42,434 nucleotides of DNA from NCBI GenBank assembly GCA_964484915.1, contig CAZAHA010000001.1, forward strand, positions 1-42,434, written 5' to 3'. Made by a program: the position numbers and the translations under genes. Under the pieces are notes generated by a model. It saw only the letters and a list, made by a program, of their open reading frames with translations. It did no database searches and had not been told where the DNA came from. Origin of the DNA: an uncultured Leptospirales bacterium (lineage in GTDB: Bacteria; Spirochaetota; UBA4802; JAFGJZ01). Shown piece after piece: positions 1 through 9,948 of the stretch; the first letter of the stretch is position 1, and each line of letters opens with the position of its first letter.

Positions 1-1
1 C

Positions 2-3000
2 GGCCTGCAGCATATACAGGATCCGGTGTGAGTGAATCATGTTCTTGAGCTCGGAATCCTGGAGTTCAGCAAGATCAAGCCCTCCAAGAACCTCAACCGC
101 GGCATTTGGATTATCGGTATAACTGTCGATCGACGCAAGATATAGCGCATACCGGTACTCGAGATTCTCTATTCCGGAGGCGGCGCTTCTCCACCGGAAA
201 AGATAGTATTTGGCGTCCTCAACATTTCCTCTGATCATGTTCTGCTGATACGAATCAAACAGAGATTCTGCGATCTTCTGATACTCCTCCTCCTCCGGTG
301 TAACGATACCGCCCTTGCCGGTAACGATCAGACTTCTTTCCGATTCCGAAACAGAGTTCATTTCCCCGAATGTCTCATACTCCGATAACAACGTATCCTT
401 TTCCGCAAGCGACCCTACCATACCCGCATGTGTGAATATGACATTCGCGTTTCCGCTATAGAGCGATCCGTAATAGATGAGGCGCTTCTGCCTGTACGAA
501 TCCCGATCGTTTCTGATAAGAAGAGACGGTCTGATCTCACCGCCAAACAGGCTGCGAGAGAGGGATCCGGCCGGAGATGCGTTATCGACCAGTACCGAAT
601 GCTGCAGAAGATCGCGGTCTGCTGCTTCAGCAGCCACATCGCGACCGACACTGTAACCGCTGGTGAGAAGTGAGCGGCTCATCCGTTCAACAAACGGCAC
701 ATCATGGACAGAGAATACGTATGTGTACTCCGGTAAGTTCTCAAAATCCCCATCGGTTTCCGCTGTATCTGTCAGTACGGGATAGATTTCTTCAGACAGA
801 ATTATATACACATCTTTTGACTGTTCTTCGTCCGGCAATAACGTATCGACAAGCTCGATTACTCCCTGTTTCAGCCGCGTAGTGCGCGCTGTCGTACCGT
901 CTGGGACTGAAGCGGATGAATGGGTGACCGATCCTCGGGAATATCTCCATGCGTGTATCGTGTTGTCGAAAATGTAAAAATCAAAAACGATATCGCCGGC
1001 AGCCGACTGATCTTTCTTTTCATCACCGTCGCGTATGATGCCGTCTTGATATCTGATGAAACTGTACAGGAGGGATTCATCTGATACCGCTTCTTTTATT
1101 TCTTCGCTGTTTGTATCAATTTTCTTGCGTATCCGGTCGAGCTCATCTTTGGATGCGCGGCCTGATTCGAGCGCCGTTGTCAGCCGTTCCTTCTGAATGA
1201 TTATTTCGTTAACTGCATACTTGTACGACTGAAACGCGGAGTTTTCTGCTTCATCTGATAATTCGGGAGATACAATATACATCTGGGTTATAAGTTGAAA
1301 GCGTCGCTTCCGCTCGCGAATATCAAATGCCTTACCATACTCTTCCCGCGAAATGAGAAACGTACAGTAATCATCATACAGTGATTCAACGAGAGGGATC
1401 CGCTGTATGAACTGCTGCGGCAGCGATTCTATGAGAGCCAATGCACTGTCATAGTAATCGGCGGCCCTTGAAATATCATATCCCACTTCTTTCGTATGCT
1501 TTCTCAGGAATTCTGCTTCCTTCATGTAAATCAATACGAGAGAATCATCATAGCTATACTCTTCAGCAAGCTCCTGAGCCTGTTCAAGAAATTCAAATGA
1601 GTTGTCTATCTGTCCCAGACGCTCTCGGCAAACGGAAGCGTTTAGCATGAGTTTGAGACGAGTCCTGTTGTCTGTGTCATCCTTATCGAGTGATTTTTCA
1701 AATACGGACGCAGAGCGCGAGTAGAGGTCATATATTTCCTTGTTATACGCATAGATGCGCTCGTCGGTTCGCCTCGATGGATTGGACAAAATCTGCTCAT
1801 ACTGTTCAAAAAGCAATTCGGCCTTGTAGAAATTTAGCGTTGACTGATAGATATCAAGCTTTCTGTATTTCTGTCTGGCGTCCGCCTGCACCTGTTCGGC
1901 TACACGTCTCTCCTCTTCGTATGTCGGTTCAGGCAGTCCACGGAATTCATTTCGTTCCCGAAGCCGCCGAATACGCTGCCGGGTCTCGATTCTTTCATAA
2001 TCCGCGCCGTATGCCTGAATGTCTTCTACCAGCCGATTGATCCTGCGAAGAGGATCGTCAAAATAATCCCTGTTGTTTTCAAAAAGATAGCTGTACAGGC
2101 TGGTCAGGTTGCCGATTGCCATAAACATGCCGTTCTGGTTCTCATTTTTCTCAGCATAGTCCCATGCTTTCGTAAACTGGCGTTCACTTTTTTCAAAGTC
2201 GCCGGTAAGAAAATAGGCATGACCGAGATTATTATATGTCCGCAACCGGATTTCCCGGTGAATCTTCAGTTTCTTACCCTTGATGAACTTTACTTTGTCG
2301 TTCAGAACCTGGATTACTTCATTATAATCACCCTTTGTTCTGTGAAGAAGCTCTCTGAGTGTCAGACTGTATATCTTTTTTGTGAATGTATCAAATTCAC
2401 GATAAAGCCGTGACTCTCCAAACACGGTCTGGTCTTCCGACAGGCCGATACTAAAATGAAGCAGACCAAGATAGGTAATCCGCAGGTTGTGCTTCGGTGT
2501 ATCTGTTTCATCATATGACTCAAGCAGGGTATCGGCCCTGTTCAGGTATTCGTTTGCCCGGTCATACTCTTTCAATTGTATATGGCAGTACGCAATCTCC
2601 TGCAGATACCGTGCCCTGTCGATCTGGACATTGTAACGTGCGGCCACATCAAGAATTCTTCTGTACCAGCGGATTGTTTCGGTATAATCGTTTTCAACCC
2701 TGGCAAAGAGGGAGTAGTACCGATAGATGGTTATCAGGTTCCAGGCGTACCGGTTATTTACGCTGCCCCCCGAAAGGACCGAATAGATGCGCTCAACCTT
2801 CTTCATCTGCTCGGTTGCGTTTGCAATATCACCGGTCTGATAATAGCAATAGCCCAAATGAAAATAAAAAAGTGCCTGCTGCTCTTTCGATGAAAACACA
2901 GTCTTGTATTTTGCTGCAGCTTGATAATTTTTGAGTGCCTCAGGATAATTGACAAGAACGAAGTAGGTGTTGGCCATGTTGAGGTAAATGTTTCCCTCTT

Positions 3001-5725
3001 TTTCCGGGAACTTGAGTTCGTTGTTTGTCTCAAGCGCCCGTTCATACACGTCAATCACGCTCTCGAGCAGATAATCAGGAAAGTACTGTTCATAGAGGTA
3101 GCCGAGCTGACTCTGCTTACTCAGCTCCCTGTTGCGGCGGGAATCAATATAGTGATAGATCCATCCCTTGAGCAGGTATGAATCAGAGAAACTATCATCC
3201 ATATACAATGACCACTCAAGATTATCCAGCGAATTTTTAAAATGCCTGGTTATGAGTTCAGCTGATATCTTTTCAGCATCCGGTTCAAACGTGGTTCTGA
3301 CGTTCGTCAGCTCCGGATCTTCCTTATATGCGGTGTCCAGATGATATCCGAGCTTTGCATAGATATACGCCAAACCAAACATATATGACTTGTCAAAGTT
3401 ACGCCGCGCACGCGAAATTCCATCCAGATAGTCAGCACGGAGGGACTCAAGACTCTCATAAGAGTAGTTTTTGTACTTATAGAATGTATCGATTCGCAGA
3501 ACATGGGCACGGGTGCCGTAGTCGTCGTAGATTGCGTCAAACTTCTTGATGCGTTTGTCCTTTAATGACGAGAGAAATTCTGTATAGTTCTTGTACACAT
3601 TTGACGCTTTTCGGAACTTGTTTTCTTTTTCGTACTGCCTTCCCCTCTGTTCATAGAATTCGATCAGCCTGAGTACGATCTCTTCAAGATCGGCCTGGTT
3701 CCATCGGCCCTTATAGCTGTTCAGGGCGGCAAACAGGTACTGCTCCTCTTCTTCCTTCATCTCCTTGCGCAGTGAAATATCAGCGAGAAGCCTGTTGATG
3801 GAATAATAGAGAACCGTTTCCTGATCGATCGTGTCAAGGCGTGCGGTAAGGTCTTCCTTCACAACCGGGTCGTTTCTGTTATACCGTGTCTGGGCGATGA
3901 TATACCGCGCCATCGCCGTGATGATACGATATTCCCGTTCCTCATTTTCATCATACGCTTCGATCAGTTCTTCCATTCTCCCGATCCGGGAGCTTGGTAC
4001 AAGATCCGACACATACCGCCTCATCATGAACCGGACCGTCTCATCCTTCTGATACGCAGTTCCCTTTGCCATAACCGAGACGAGCTCTTCCGGTACGGCA
4101 GAATCATCCGCGTTAAACAGGAGTATGCCGGCATTGTAGTTCACATATTGCAGTCGGATATAGTCCGGATAATCTTCCTGGATACGCTCATAGTAGAGGA
4201 GGGCTTCTTCCGTTTTGTTCTCATCTCTGTAGTAATTGGCTATATCTTCCATCAGGTACGGCCGAATTGACGAGTCCTCATCCAGAGACTCTAACGCTTC
4301 CTGCAGAACCGGTCCGCCGTCCTCTCCCCTAAGGACGGTGTTTAAAAACGATATGGTCGCGTGCATATACGGATTTTCACCACCGGACTCCTCTTCAGCC
4401 GCGAGAAGCTCATGCATGCGCCATGACTCTGTTTGATTATCGTTTCTGTACGCCTCAAGCGCGACAATCTTGAGCGCTCGCGATGTAAAGATCTGGGACT
4501 CATCATCCAGGCTGTCTCCAAAAAAGTAATAAACCCGCATCAGACCCATGAGATAACGCTCGTAGTCGTTGTCCTCCTGCAGGTACTTCAACGCGGTCTC
4601 GTACTGTTCACCGGCGCTTTGCCGTTTTGGGATCACCCCATATTCCGGAATAATGTTCAGATCGATATTCTCTCCGATCTGCTGTGCATAAACGATGACA
4701 CCGTTGAAGTTGATCTCTTCCGTGTCCTCAAACCTCATGGAATAGACCGGAAAGTAGCGCGGTGAAAAACTGGATACGGAGTAAAAGGTAAGCGGATAGC
4801 TCTGGCCGGTCTGCAGATGACGATACTGAAGAATAGACTTGTCATCGAGGTCAATGACCCCGTCGTCGTTGGTGTCCTTGTCGAAAAGAGTATATACTAT
4901 TTCATAACCGTTTCCGGCAAAAGTCGGATTCATCTCAATATATTCGTTGTCGGTTATCTGCTTCACCGTCCCGGTTTCAACATGTACCGTATAGATGTCC
5001 CCATTATTTTTTTCATCCCGGTACGAGACAAATACAATGTATTCCCCGTCCGGTGAAAACGCCGGATACATCCCGCCGTTGAACGTCAGCTGCCGAAGGT
5101 CATCTCCGTTCCGCCGGACTATCCAGATATTCTCTGTTCCGTCACGTTCTGACGAAAAGGCGATAAAACGGTTGTCCGGCGACCATGCCGGATTTGCGTC
5201 CTTGATGACCTGTCTCATTCCTGTTTCTTCAACAACAACCGAGGAGATGTTCTTTGCCCTGGAATCGAGAGGATCAACTTCTTCCTTTACGTCAGCCTCC
5301 CGGCGGACAAGCGAACCGCTGTTTACACGCAGAACAAAGAGATCGCCCTCGGGATCGTCCTTCTGCGATATGTACGCCAAATATTTTCCGTTGGGTGACA
5401 CAGCTGGAGAATAGTCCTTGGACGCATGTTCGGTTATACGGACTGTCGTGATATCCTTCATCGACCGAAGATATATGTCATAGTTCCCGCGGTCACGGTT
5501 CGAGGTAAAATAAAGAAACCGTCCGCTCTTGGTTATCGATCCATCAACCTCGATAGCGTTCTCAATCGTCAGCGGAATAATGCGTCCCTCGCCGGTCCTG
5601 CCGTACGCCTGTTTGAGCATATCTGAGTAATTGAGGGCATTGTCCAACTCCTCGACATCGCATGTCATTAATGACAGTACGAGAAACGGAAAAATCAGGA
5701 TGAATACTCGTCTAAGTGTGTGCAT
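2..5725 (-). CDS. Very large lipoprotein (>1,908 aa, C-terminus lies beyond the window start): N-terminal TolB-like PD40/WD40 beta-propeller followed by roughly 1,500 aa of TPR-like helical repeats
   Basis: Absent from the ORF track because it has no in-window stop. ATG at 5723-5725 gives MHTLRRVFILIFPFLVLSLMTC (signal peptide plus lipobox-like Cys). Both ends and a mid-point (2195-2230 = NLGHAYFLTGDF) translate in one frame. PD40-type repeats: YSPAVSPNGKYLAY, WSPDNRFIAFSSERDG, YPAFSPDGEYIVFVS. No other ORF longer than 145 aa on either strand in 1-5725. The start overlaps the upstream stop by 1 nt (TGATG). Confidence 0.8.
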   Translation of the reverse strand, partial: MHTLRRVFILIFPFLVLSLMTCDVEELDNALNYSDMLKQAYGRTGEGRIIPLTIENAIEVDGSITKSGRFLYFTSNRDRGNYDIYLRSMKDITTVRITEHASKDYSPAVSPNGKYLAYISQKDDPEGDLFVLRVNSGSLVRREADVKEEVDPLDSRAKNISSVVVEETGMRQVIKDANPAWSPDNRFIAFSSERDGTENIWIVRRNGDDLRQLTFNGGMYPAFSPDGEYIVFVSYRDEKNNGDIYTVHVETGTVKQITDNEYIEMNPTFAGNGYEIVYTLFDKDTNDDGVIDLDDKSILQYRHLQTGQSYPLTFYSVSSFSPRYFPVYSMRFEDTEEINFNGVIVYAQQIGENIDLNIIPEYGVIPKRQSAGEQYETALKYLQEDNDYERYLMGLMRVYYFFGDSLDDESQIFTSRALKIVALEAYRNDNQTESWRMHELLAAEEESGGENPYMHATISFLNTVLRGEDGGPVLQEALESLDEDSSIRPYLMEDIANYYRDENKTEEALLYYERIQEDYPDYIRLQYVNYNAGILLFNADDSAVPEELVSVMAKGTAYQKDETVRFMMRRYVSDLVPSSRIGRMEELIEAYDENEEREYRIITAMARYIIAQTRYNRNDPVVKEDLTARLDTIDQETVLYYSINRLLADISLRKEMKEEEEQYLFAALNSYKGRWNQADLEEIVLRLIEFYEQRGRQYEKENKFRKASNVYKNYTEFLSSLKDKRIKKFDAIYDDYGTRAHVLRIDTFYKYKNYSYESLESLRADYLDGISRARRNFDKSYMFGLAYIYAKLGYHLDTAYKEDPELTNVRTTFEPDAEKISAELITRHFKNSLDNLEWSLYMDDSFSDSYLLKGWIYHYIDSRRNRELSKQSQLGYLYEQYFPDYLLESVIDVYERALETNNELKFPEKEGNIYLNMANTYFVLVNYPEALKNYQAAAKYKTVFSSKEQQALFYFHLGYCYYQTGDIANATEQMKKVERIYSVLSGGSVNNRYAWNLITIYRYYSLFARVENDYTETIRWYRRILDVAARYNVQIDRARYLQEIAYCHIQLKEYDRANEYLNRADTLLESYDETDTPKHNLRITYLGLLHFSIGLSEDQTVFGESRLYREFDTFTKKIYSLTLRELLHRTKGDYNEVIQVLNDKVKFIKGKKLKIHREIRLRTYNNLGHAYFLTGDFEKSERQFTKAWDYAEKNENQNGMFMAIGNLTSLYSYLFENNRDYFDDPLRRINRLVEDIQAYGADYERIETRQRIRRLRERNEFRGLPEPTYEEERRVAEQVQADARQKYRKLDIYQSTLNFYKAELLFEQYEQILSNPSRRTDERIYAYNKEIYDLYSRSASVFEKSLDKDDTDNRTRLKLMLNASVCRERLGQIDNSFEFLEQAQELAEEYSYDDSLVLIYMKEAEFLRKHTKEVGYDISRAADYYDSALALIESLPQQFIQRIPLVESLYDDYCTFLISREEYGKAFDIRERKRRFQLITQMYIVSPELSDEAENSAFQSYKYAVNEIIIQKERLTTALESGRASKDELDRIRKKIDTNSEEIKEAVSDESLLYSFIRYQDGIIRDGDEKKDQSAAGDIVFDFYIFDNTIHAWRYSRGSVTHSSASVPDGTTARTTRLKQGVIELVDTLLPDEEQSKDVYIILSEEIYPVLTDTAETDGDFENLPEYTYVFSVHDVPFVERMSRSLLTSGYSVGRDVAAEAADRDLLQHSVLVDNASPAGSLSRSLFGGEIRPSLLIRNDRDSYRQKRLIYYGSLYSGNANVIFTHAGMVGSLAEKDTLLSEYETFGEMNSVSESERSLIVTGKGGIVTPEEEEYQKIAESLFDSYQQNMIRGNVEDAKYYLFRWRSAASGIENLEYRYALYLASIDSYTDNPNAAVEVLGGLDLAELQDSELKNMIHSHRILYMLQA

Positions 5726-6288
5726 CATTGTTTCTGAAACCAGTTACCGGATTGATTTTGGAGCCAGTCATTTTCCTGTGCGGCTTCACGCTGCTCTTCG
5801 GCAAACTTCTCACCGTACTGTTCGATCTGGTACGGTGTCGGACTTGATGTACCGCCCAGAACGAGCGAACGCGTAAAGATTTTCAGGCGCGCCCTGTTTT
5901 CCTCTTCTATGAGCAGCGTCAGAATCTTCTTCAGTTCGGAATCTTCCTGATACTTCTGTACCGGCCGATACGCAAGCAGGCCGTGATTATTCTCACCAAT
6001 TGCGCCTTCATTCTTGTATTCCCGTACCTTATCGGCGTGTAGTTCACGTATCTTCATTGCCTCAAAGAGCTCTTCGTCCCCGACTATCCGTTCCGTTCTT
6101 GCCGATTCACCCTGCACGTTGGTCTGAACCGAAGAGATGGCCCATGCATTGTCTTCGATTTCCTTGTAGTCACCCACAACCTGGTTTTCCAGCACTGTTG
6201 GTTTACCGGTCAGATGCATCTTCGGGGGCTTAAACGACATACATGATGCGATCGTACAGCAGATAAAAAACACGGCACAGCGTTTCAT
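5725..6288 (-). CDS. DUF1318/YdbL-like periplasmic lipoprotein (187 aa) with an extra N-terminal region of about 85 aa
   Basis: Signal peptide plus lipobox (MKRCAVFFICCTIASC). The C-terminal half carries YdbL-type motifs: GAIGENNHGLL, EEENRARLKIF, and the terminal DWLQNQSGNWFQK (G-x-W-x-x-K signature). ATGA overlap with the upstream gene. Confidence 0.65.
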   Translation of the reverse strand: MKRCAVFFICCTIASCMSFKPPKMHLTGKPTVLENQVVGDYKEIEDNAWAISSVQTNVQGESARTERIVGDEELFEAMKIRELHADKVREYKNEGAIGENNHGLLAYRPVQKYQEDSELKKILTLLIEEENRARLKIFTRSLVLGGTSSPTPYQIEQYGEKFAEEQREAAQENDWLQNQSGNWFQKQ

Positions 6289-9200
6289 TGATAGTCTCCT
6301 TCCCCTATATTACGCAAAAACTCCTGGATCGGTATTCGTTCATATTTAATTTCGTCATTCTCAACAGAGACATTTGTGTAACGCGATATGAATTTTCTTT
6401 CAAGCTTGATCGTCGTATACACGTTTCCCTTCTCTAAATGGAAGATGAACTTATCGAGGTTCATCGTATTATCAACAACAAACTGTGTGGCGCCGAGTTT
6501 GGATTCTCCTTCCTTTTTTGAAAGCGCCTGCATCAACTCATTTGCGAATTCATCACCGATCTTGTAGATGGTAACATATCCTTCAGCGGCAGGGTTTTCC
6601 TGAATATTGACCCCCTTGCCCGAAAGCCGCGTCGTCAGTGACAACTCAGCCTCCCCGGTCTCCTTGTCGGGATTGTCAAGCTTGCCGATACTTATATTCG
6701 TGGCATCAAATGCAAGGCTGTATTCCATGTTATCCGGGTTGAGATCAGCTATATAAAAGAAAGTGTCGCGCATGTAGATCGAACCGTTCATGACCGTCGC
6801 CTTAAAGCGGCTGATTGTGAAGGCATTGCTCCTGAACGCCATGCTCGCGCGAAGGTCCTTCAGATATTCGTACTGTTCCGGACGGGCTGGATGGACCGCT
6901 TTGATTGACTCGATGGTAAAGTTGTCCCGTTCCATAAAATGCTGGTTGTTTATCACATCGGTCTTGTCCGCAGCAGTCATCTCCTTTCCGGTAAACGTTG
7001 GGGCAAAAGAATACTCGTAGGGAAAGTTCATATTGACGTCCTCAACATGAAGCAGCTGCGCCTTGTTCTGGTTTCTGATGTTCAGATTGTCGATGTCTAT
7101 CGTTCCCTGCACACCGCCCGTCTTCAGATCACCGCGCATTCGCGCATTAAACTGTACCTTTCCGCCGAGCTCCCATGTATCATATATCTTGCGGAGTTCG
7201 TCCTTGGCGAAGGTCAACGCCACGCGAACATCTGAATTCCGGAACGGCGCCCCGTTTCTGCCAGGATTCAGATCAAGGAAACCGTGCGTCCGCAGATTAA
7301 CACCAAACGCCTGACTCCATACCCTGAACTCGTTCAGACGCGCGAGCTTGGACTCCGTATCTAACGACGCATCGGTCCGTAAGCGAAGGTCGTATACATC
7401 ATAGTCCGGCAATATGAATCCAAGAAGGACGGTTCCTGCCTGAGTTGTTTCACTGCTGCTGTATCGGGCGTCCATCGTCATGGTAACCGGACGCTCAAGC
7501 GGTATCTCCTGCATGGACTCTCCGATAGAGGCCGGAACCATGTTTATCAGGGGGTTCTTTCTGAAGACCAGGCTTGATATGTTCGCATCCGCGCTTATCG
7601 AGTTTCCCCTTTGCACGTTTGCCGTCATGTCAATACTCAGTGCGTCCTGACCCGTTCTGGAATCGTGAAAGCGGAACGCAAACTTCGGCATCTGATAGCG
7701 AGTGAAGGAATCAGAGGTCTCGGCGTTTACATCAAGATAGAGATTGTTCAGTCCCGAATGTTCCCTTCCGAGTTTATACACAAAGCGCTCCATCGAAAGC
7801 TTCGTCTCGGCACTCACGTCGCTGTTACTGTACAGTACATCATAATCCAACGCAAACTGCGGTATAGTGATCGAAAAATCAGGAACCGATGCCGATACAT
7901 CCGTCATGGAAAGGGCACCGTCGGCTTTTAAGTCTGTTGGCGTGCCCGATACGGTGAGCGGCTTCAGGGAGATCGTTCCGGAAAAACGGGTCGAATCATC
8001 ACCGATAAGCGCCACGTAGTAGGGATAGAGCCTGCCAAGAACGATGGCGCTCTCCTTCATTGTAATATCCACCGTCGGCTGCGATGTTACGGACGATATT
8101 TTGCCCCCAAGGCTTAACCAGCTGTCTCCGGCAAACATGACGTCAAACGAATCTATGGTTACATCATCCTGTACGGGATCGAATGAGAGCTCGTATCCGG
8201 CGGTAAAAGACAGCGGTTTCAGATCGGTCTCCTGAAAACGGACCGGTGTACCGGTCGTCCCCGCAATAAAGCTGCTGTGAAACCGGCGATTCTCTTCGTC
8301 TTCTCCCGAGAACAGCAGATCAAACGAGAAAAGAAGCGGCGGCGAGACGCTTACCGCTTCCGAGTCAAACGCCAACTGCAGACGCCGGTCGGGGTTTATC
8401 CGTACAGCGAACGTCTTGATAAGGTTTATCGCCTGTGGACCCAGTGGTATTTCCTTAGTTGGCGGTATGTCGATCTGTATCTCGGTATCGAACGACGCCA
8501 GCGACGTATCAAAATCTTCACCGTCTACGGTAACATCCAGATCCTGAAGGATAAAATTAAACAGAAAGTTTACCGATATCGGCAGATTTATTGATTCACG
8601 CGGCTCACCCGGTTCCTTTTCCGGACGGGGTTCCTCTTCCGGTAAGGGCTCTTTTTCCTCTTTTACGCTTTCCTTCATCAGTCGCGCGACGTTCCATGAA
8701 CCGTCCTTTTGTATCAGCCGTATCTGCGGCGAGTATATCCCTATCTCCCGGAAGGATACATCGCCGGTAAATATCGAGAAGAAACCGTAATCAAGAACGA
8801 GTTTCTGTATGGAGACAAGATTTTCGTCACCAAAGCCTTCGGGCTGCGTTATGACAATATTCTCTATTACAAAACCGGTATACGGATTAAACGACCGCAC
8901 ATCAAGCGATAGCGACGCGTTGGACATCCTGTTAAAATTTTCCATAGCCAGCGTCTGGACTCGGGAAGGTGAGAGGTAGGCCTTGAGAACGATTAACGCA
9001 GCAAAAACAAGGGATATGAGCGTCAGCGGCACCCATAGAAAAAGGATCTTCGCGGCGATAATGGAAACTCTTGCCGCGATATGCAGCGCCGGCGACTTCC
9101 TGGTTATTCTGTTTGTTTTCTTTTTCTTCCCAACAGCTGGTTTCTTGCGTGGAGGCTTGGTTTTCTCTTCTTCCTTGGGAGGCTCTATCTTTTCCTTTGA

Positions 9201-9308
9201 ATCCGGATTATACAGATAGTCCTTAACACGGCCTTCCATCGAACCGGAACTGCCGTTTTTACTGGACGGAGGTGACTTTTTTTTTTCTGAATCCTTCGGT
9301 TGAGACAT
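6285..9308 (-). CDS. AsmA-family (YdbH/TamB-like) inner-membrane-anchored large envelope protein, 1007 aa
   Basis: Lys/Pro/Glu-rich N-terminal tail of about 70 aa, then a single TM (IIAAKILFLWVPLTLISLVFAALIVL), then a long beta-rich periplasmic region with an AsmA-like N-terminal layout. The genetic link to a YdbL-like gene mirrors E. coli ydbH-ynbE-ydbL. Family assignment is by architecture and context only. Confidence 0.55.
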   Translation of the reverse strand: MSQPKDSEKKKSPPSSKNGSSGSMEGRVKDYLYNPDSKEKIEPPKEEEKTKPPRKKPAVGKKKKTNRITRKSPALHIAARVSIIAAKILFLWVPLTLISLVFAALIVLKAYLSPSRVQTLAMENFNRMSNASLSLDVRSFNPYTGFVIENIVITQPEGFGDENLVSIQKLVLDYGFFSIFTGDVSFREIGIYSPQIRLIQKDGSWNVARLMKESVKEEKEPLPEEEPRPEKEPGEPRESINLPISVNFLFNFILQDLDVTVDGEDFDTSLASFDTEIQIDIPPTKEIPLGPQAINLIKTFAVRINPDRRLQLAFDSEAVSVSPPLLFSFDLLFSGEDEENRRFHSSFIAGTTGTPVRFQETDLKPLSFTAGYELSFDPVQDDVTIDSFDVMFAGDSWLSLGGKISSVTSQPTVDITMKESAIVLGRLYPYYVALIGDDSTRFSGTISLKPLTVSGTPTDLKADGALSMTDVSASVPDFSITIPQFALDYDVLYSNSDVSAETKLSMERFVYKLGREHSGLNNLYLDVNAETSDSFTRYQMPKFAFRFHDSRTGQDALSIDMTANVQRGNSISADANISSLVFRKNPLINMVPASIGESMQEIPLERPVTMTMDARYSSSETTQAGTVLLGFILPDYDVYDLRLRTDASLDTESKLARLNEFRVWSQAFGVNLRTHGFLDLNPGRNGAPFRNSDVRVALTFAKDELRKIYDTWELGGKVQFNARMRGDLKTGGVQGTIDIDNLNIRNQNKAQLLHVEDVNMNFPYEYSFAPTFTGKEMTAADKTDVINNQHFMERDNFTIESIKAVHPARPEQYEYLKDLRASMAFRSNAFTISRFKATVMNGSIYMRDTFFYIADLNPDNMEYSLAFDATNISIGKLDNPDKETGEAELSLTTRLSGKGVNIQENPAAEGYVTIYKIGDEFANELMQALSKKEGESKLGATQFVVDNTMNLDKFIFHLEKGNVYTTIKLERKFISRYTNVSVENDEIKYERIPIQEFLRNIGEGDYQ

Positions 9309-9389
9309 TTCAATATCCGCCGGTTTGTATTGTCAATATACAACACCTGCACACGGAAAAAATCAAGCAAAAAAGCCCGGTCTCAGTTA

Positions 9390-9902
9390 TTAATCATTGC
9401 ACATCGGAGCGGCCGGTGGTGACTGCAGCAAATATTTCATTATTTTCACCTGAAATGACCGTATATCACGCGCATCGTCATGATATGTCCAACCCAGCCG
9501 TGAATAAAAGCGAACAAGCTCGTCAGTGTTGTCCCTGTCGGTAAAGAGGAAAAGAAGCGGATACCCCCTGTTCAGTGCTGTCTGTATCGCAGTCTTGACC
9601 AGGAGTCGTCCGATCCCTCTGTTGCGAAATTTGACATCTACATATAATGCCGAAAGCCACGGAGACAGATCGCGCCTGGTTACCAGATCATATGCCTTCA
9701 GGCTGACCATGCCGATCGGCCTGCTTCCATACATCGCGACGAATGTTGTCGGGAGGAGGCCGGTTCCGGCGCGGTGCTTGTAGTCCGCCTTTACGACAGC
9801 GTATCTGGTTTTATTTTTCTTGTGCCACTGTTCATATGCCCATGATGCACAAACCGTATAAAGTTCGGGACAGGTGCTCAAATTCAATACATGAATACTC
9901 AT
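9390..9902 (-). CDS. GNAT family N-acetyltransferase (170 aa)
   Basis: Acetyl-CoA binding motif A RNRGIGRLLVKTA, with typical size and layout. ATG start confirmed at 9900-9902. Confidence 0.8.
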   Translation of the reverse strand: MSIHVLNLSTCPELYTVCASWAYEQWHKKNKTRYAVVKADYKHRAGTGLLPTTFVAMYGSRPIGMVSLKAYDLVTRRDLSPWLSALYVDVKFRNRGIGRLLVKTAIQTALNRGYPLLFLFTDRDNTDELVRFYSRLGWTYHDDARDIRSFQVKIMKYLLQSPPAAPMCND

Positions 9903-9948
9903 CTTTCGCCAGAACAGGTGTTTTTCCGCCCTTTCACAGACGGTTATC

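Noticed and set aside
2-900. Possible CHAT/peptidase-like or other enzymatic domain at the C-terminal end of the giant TPR lipoprotein
   Set aside because: I could not find a convincing His/Cys catalytic dyad context or any other motif in the translated segment, and the ORF is truncated by the window edge. It is left as TPR-like/unknown.
6280-6295. Search for a small YnbE-like lipoprotein gene between the AsmA/YdbH-like and YdbL-like genes
   Set aside because: The two genes overlap by 4 nt (ATGA), so there is no room for an intervening gene. No suitable small lipoprotein ORF was seen nearby on the minus strand.
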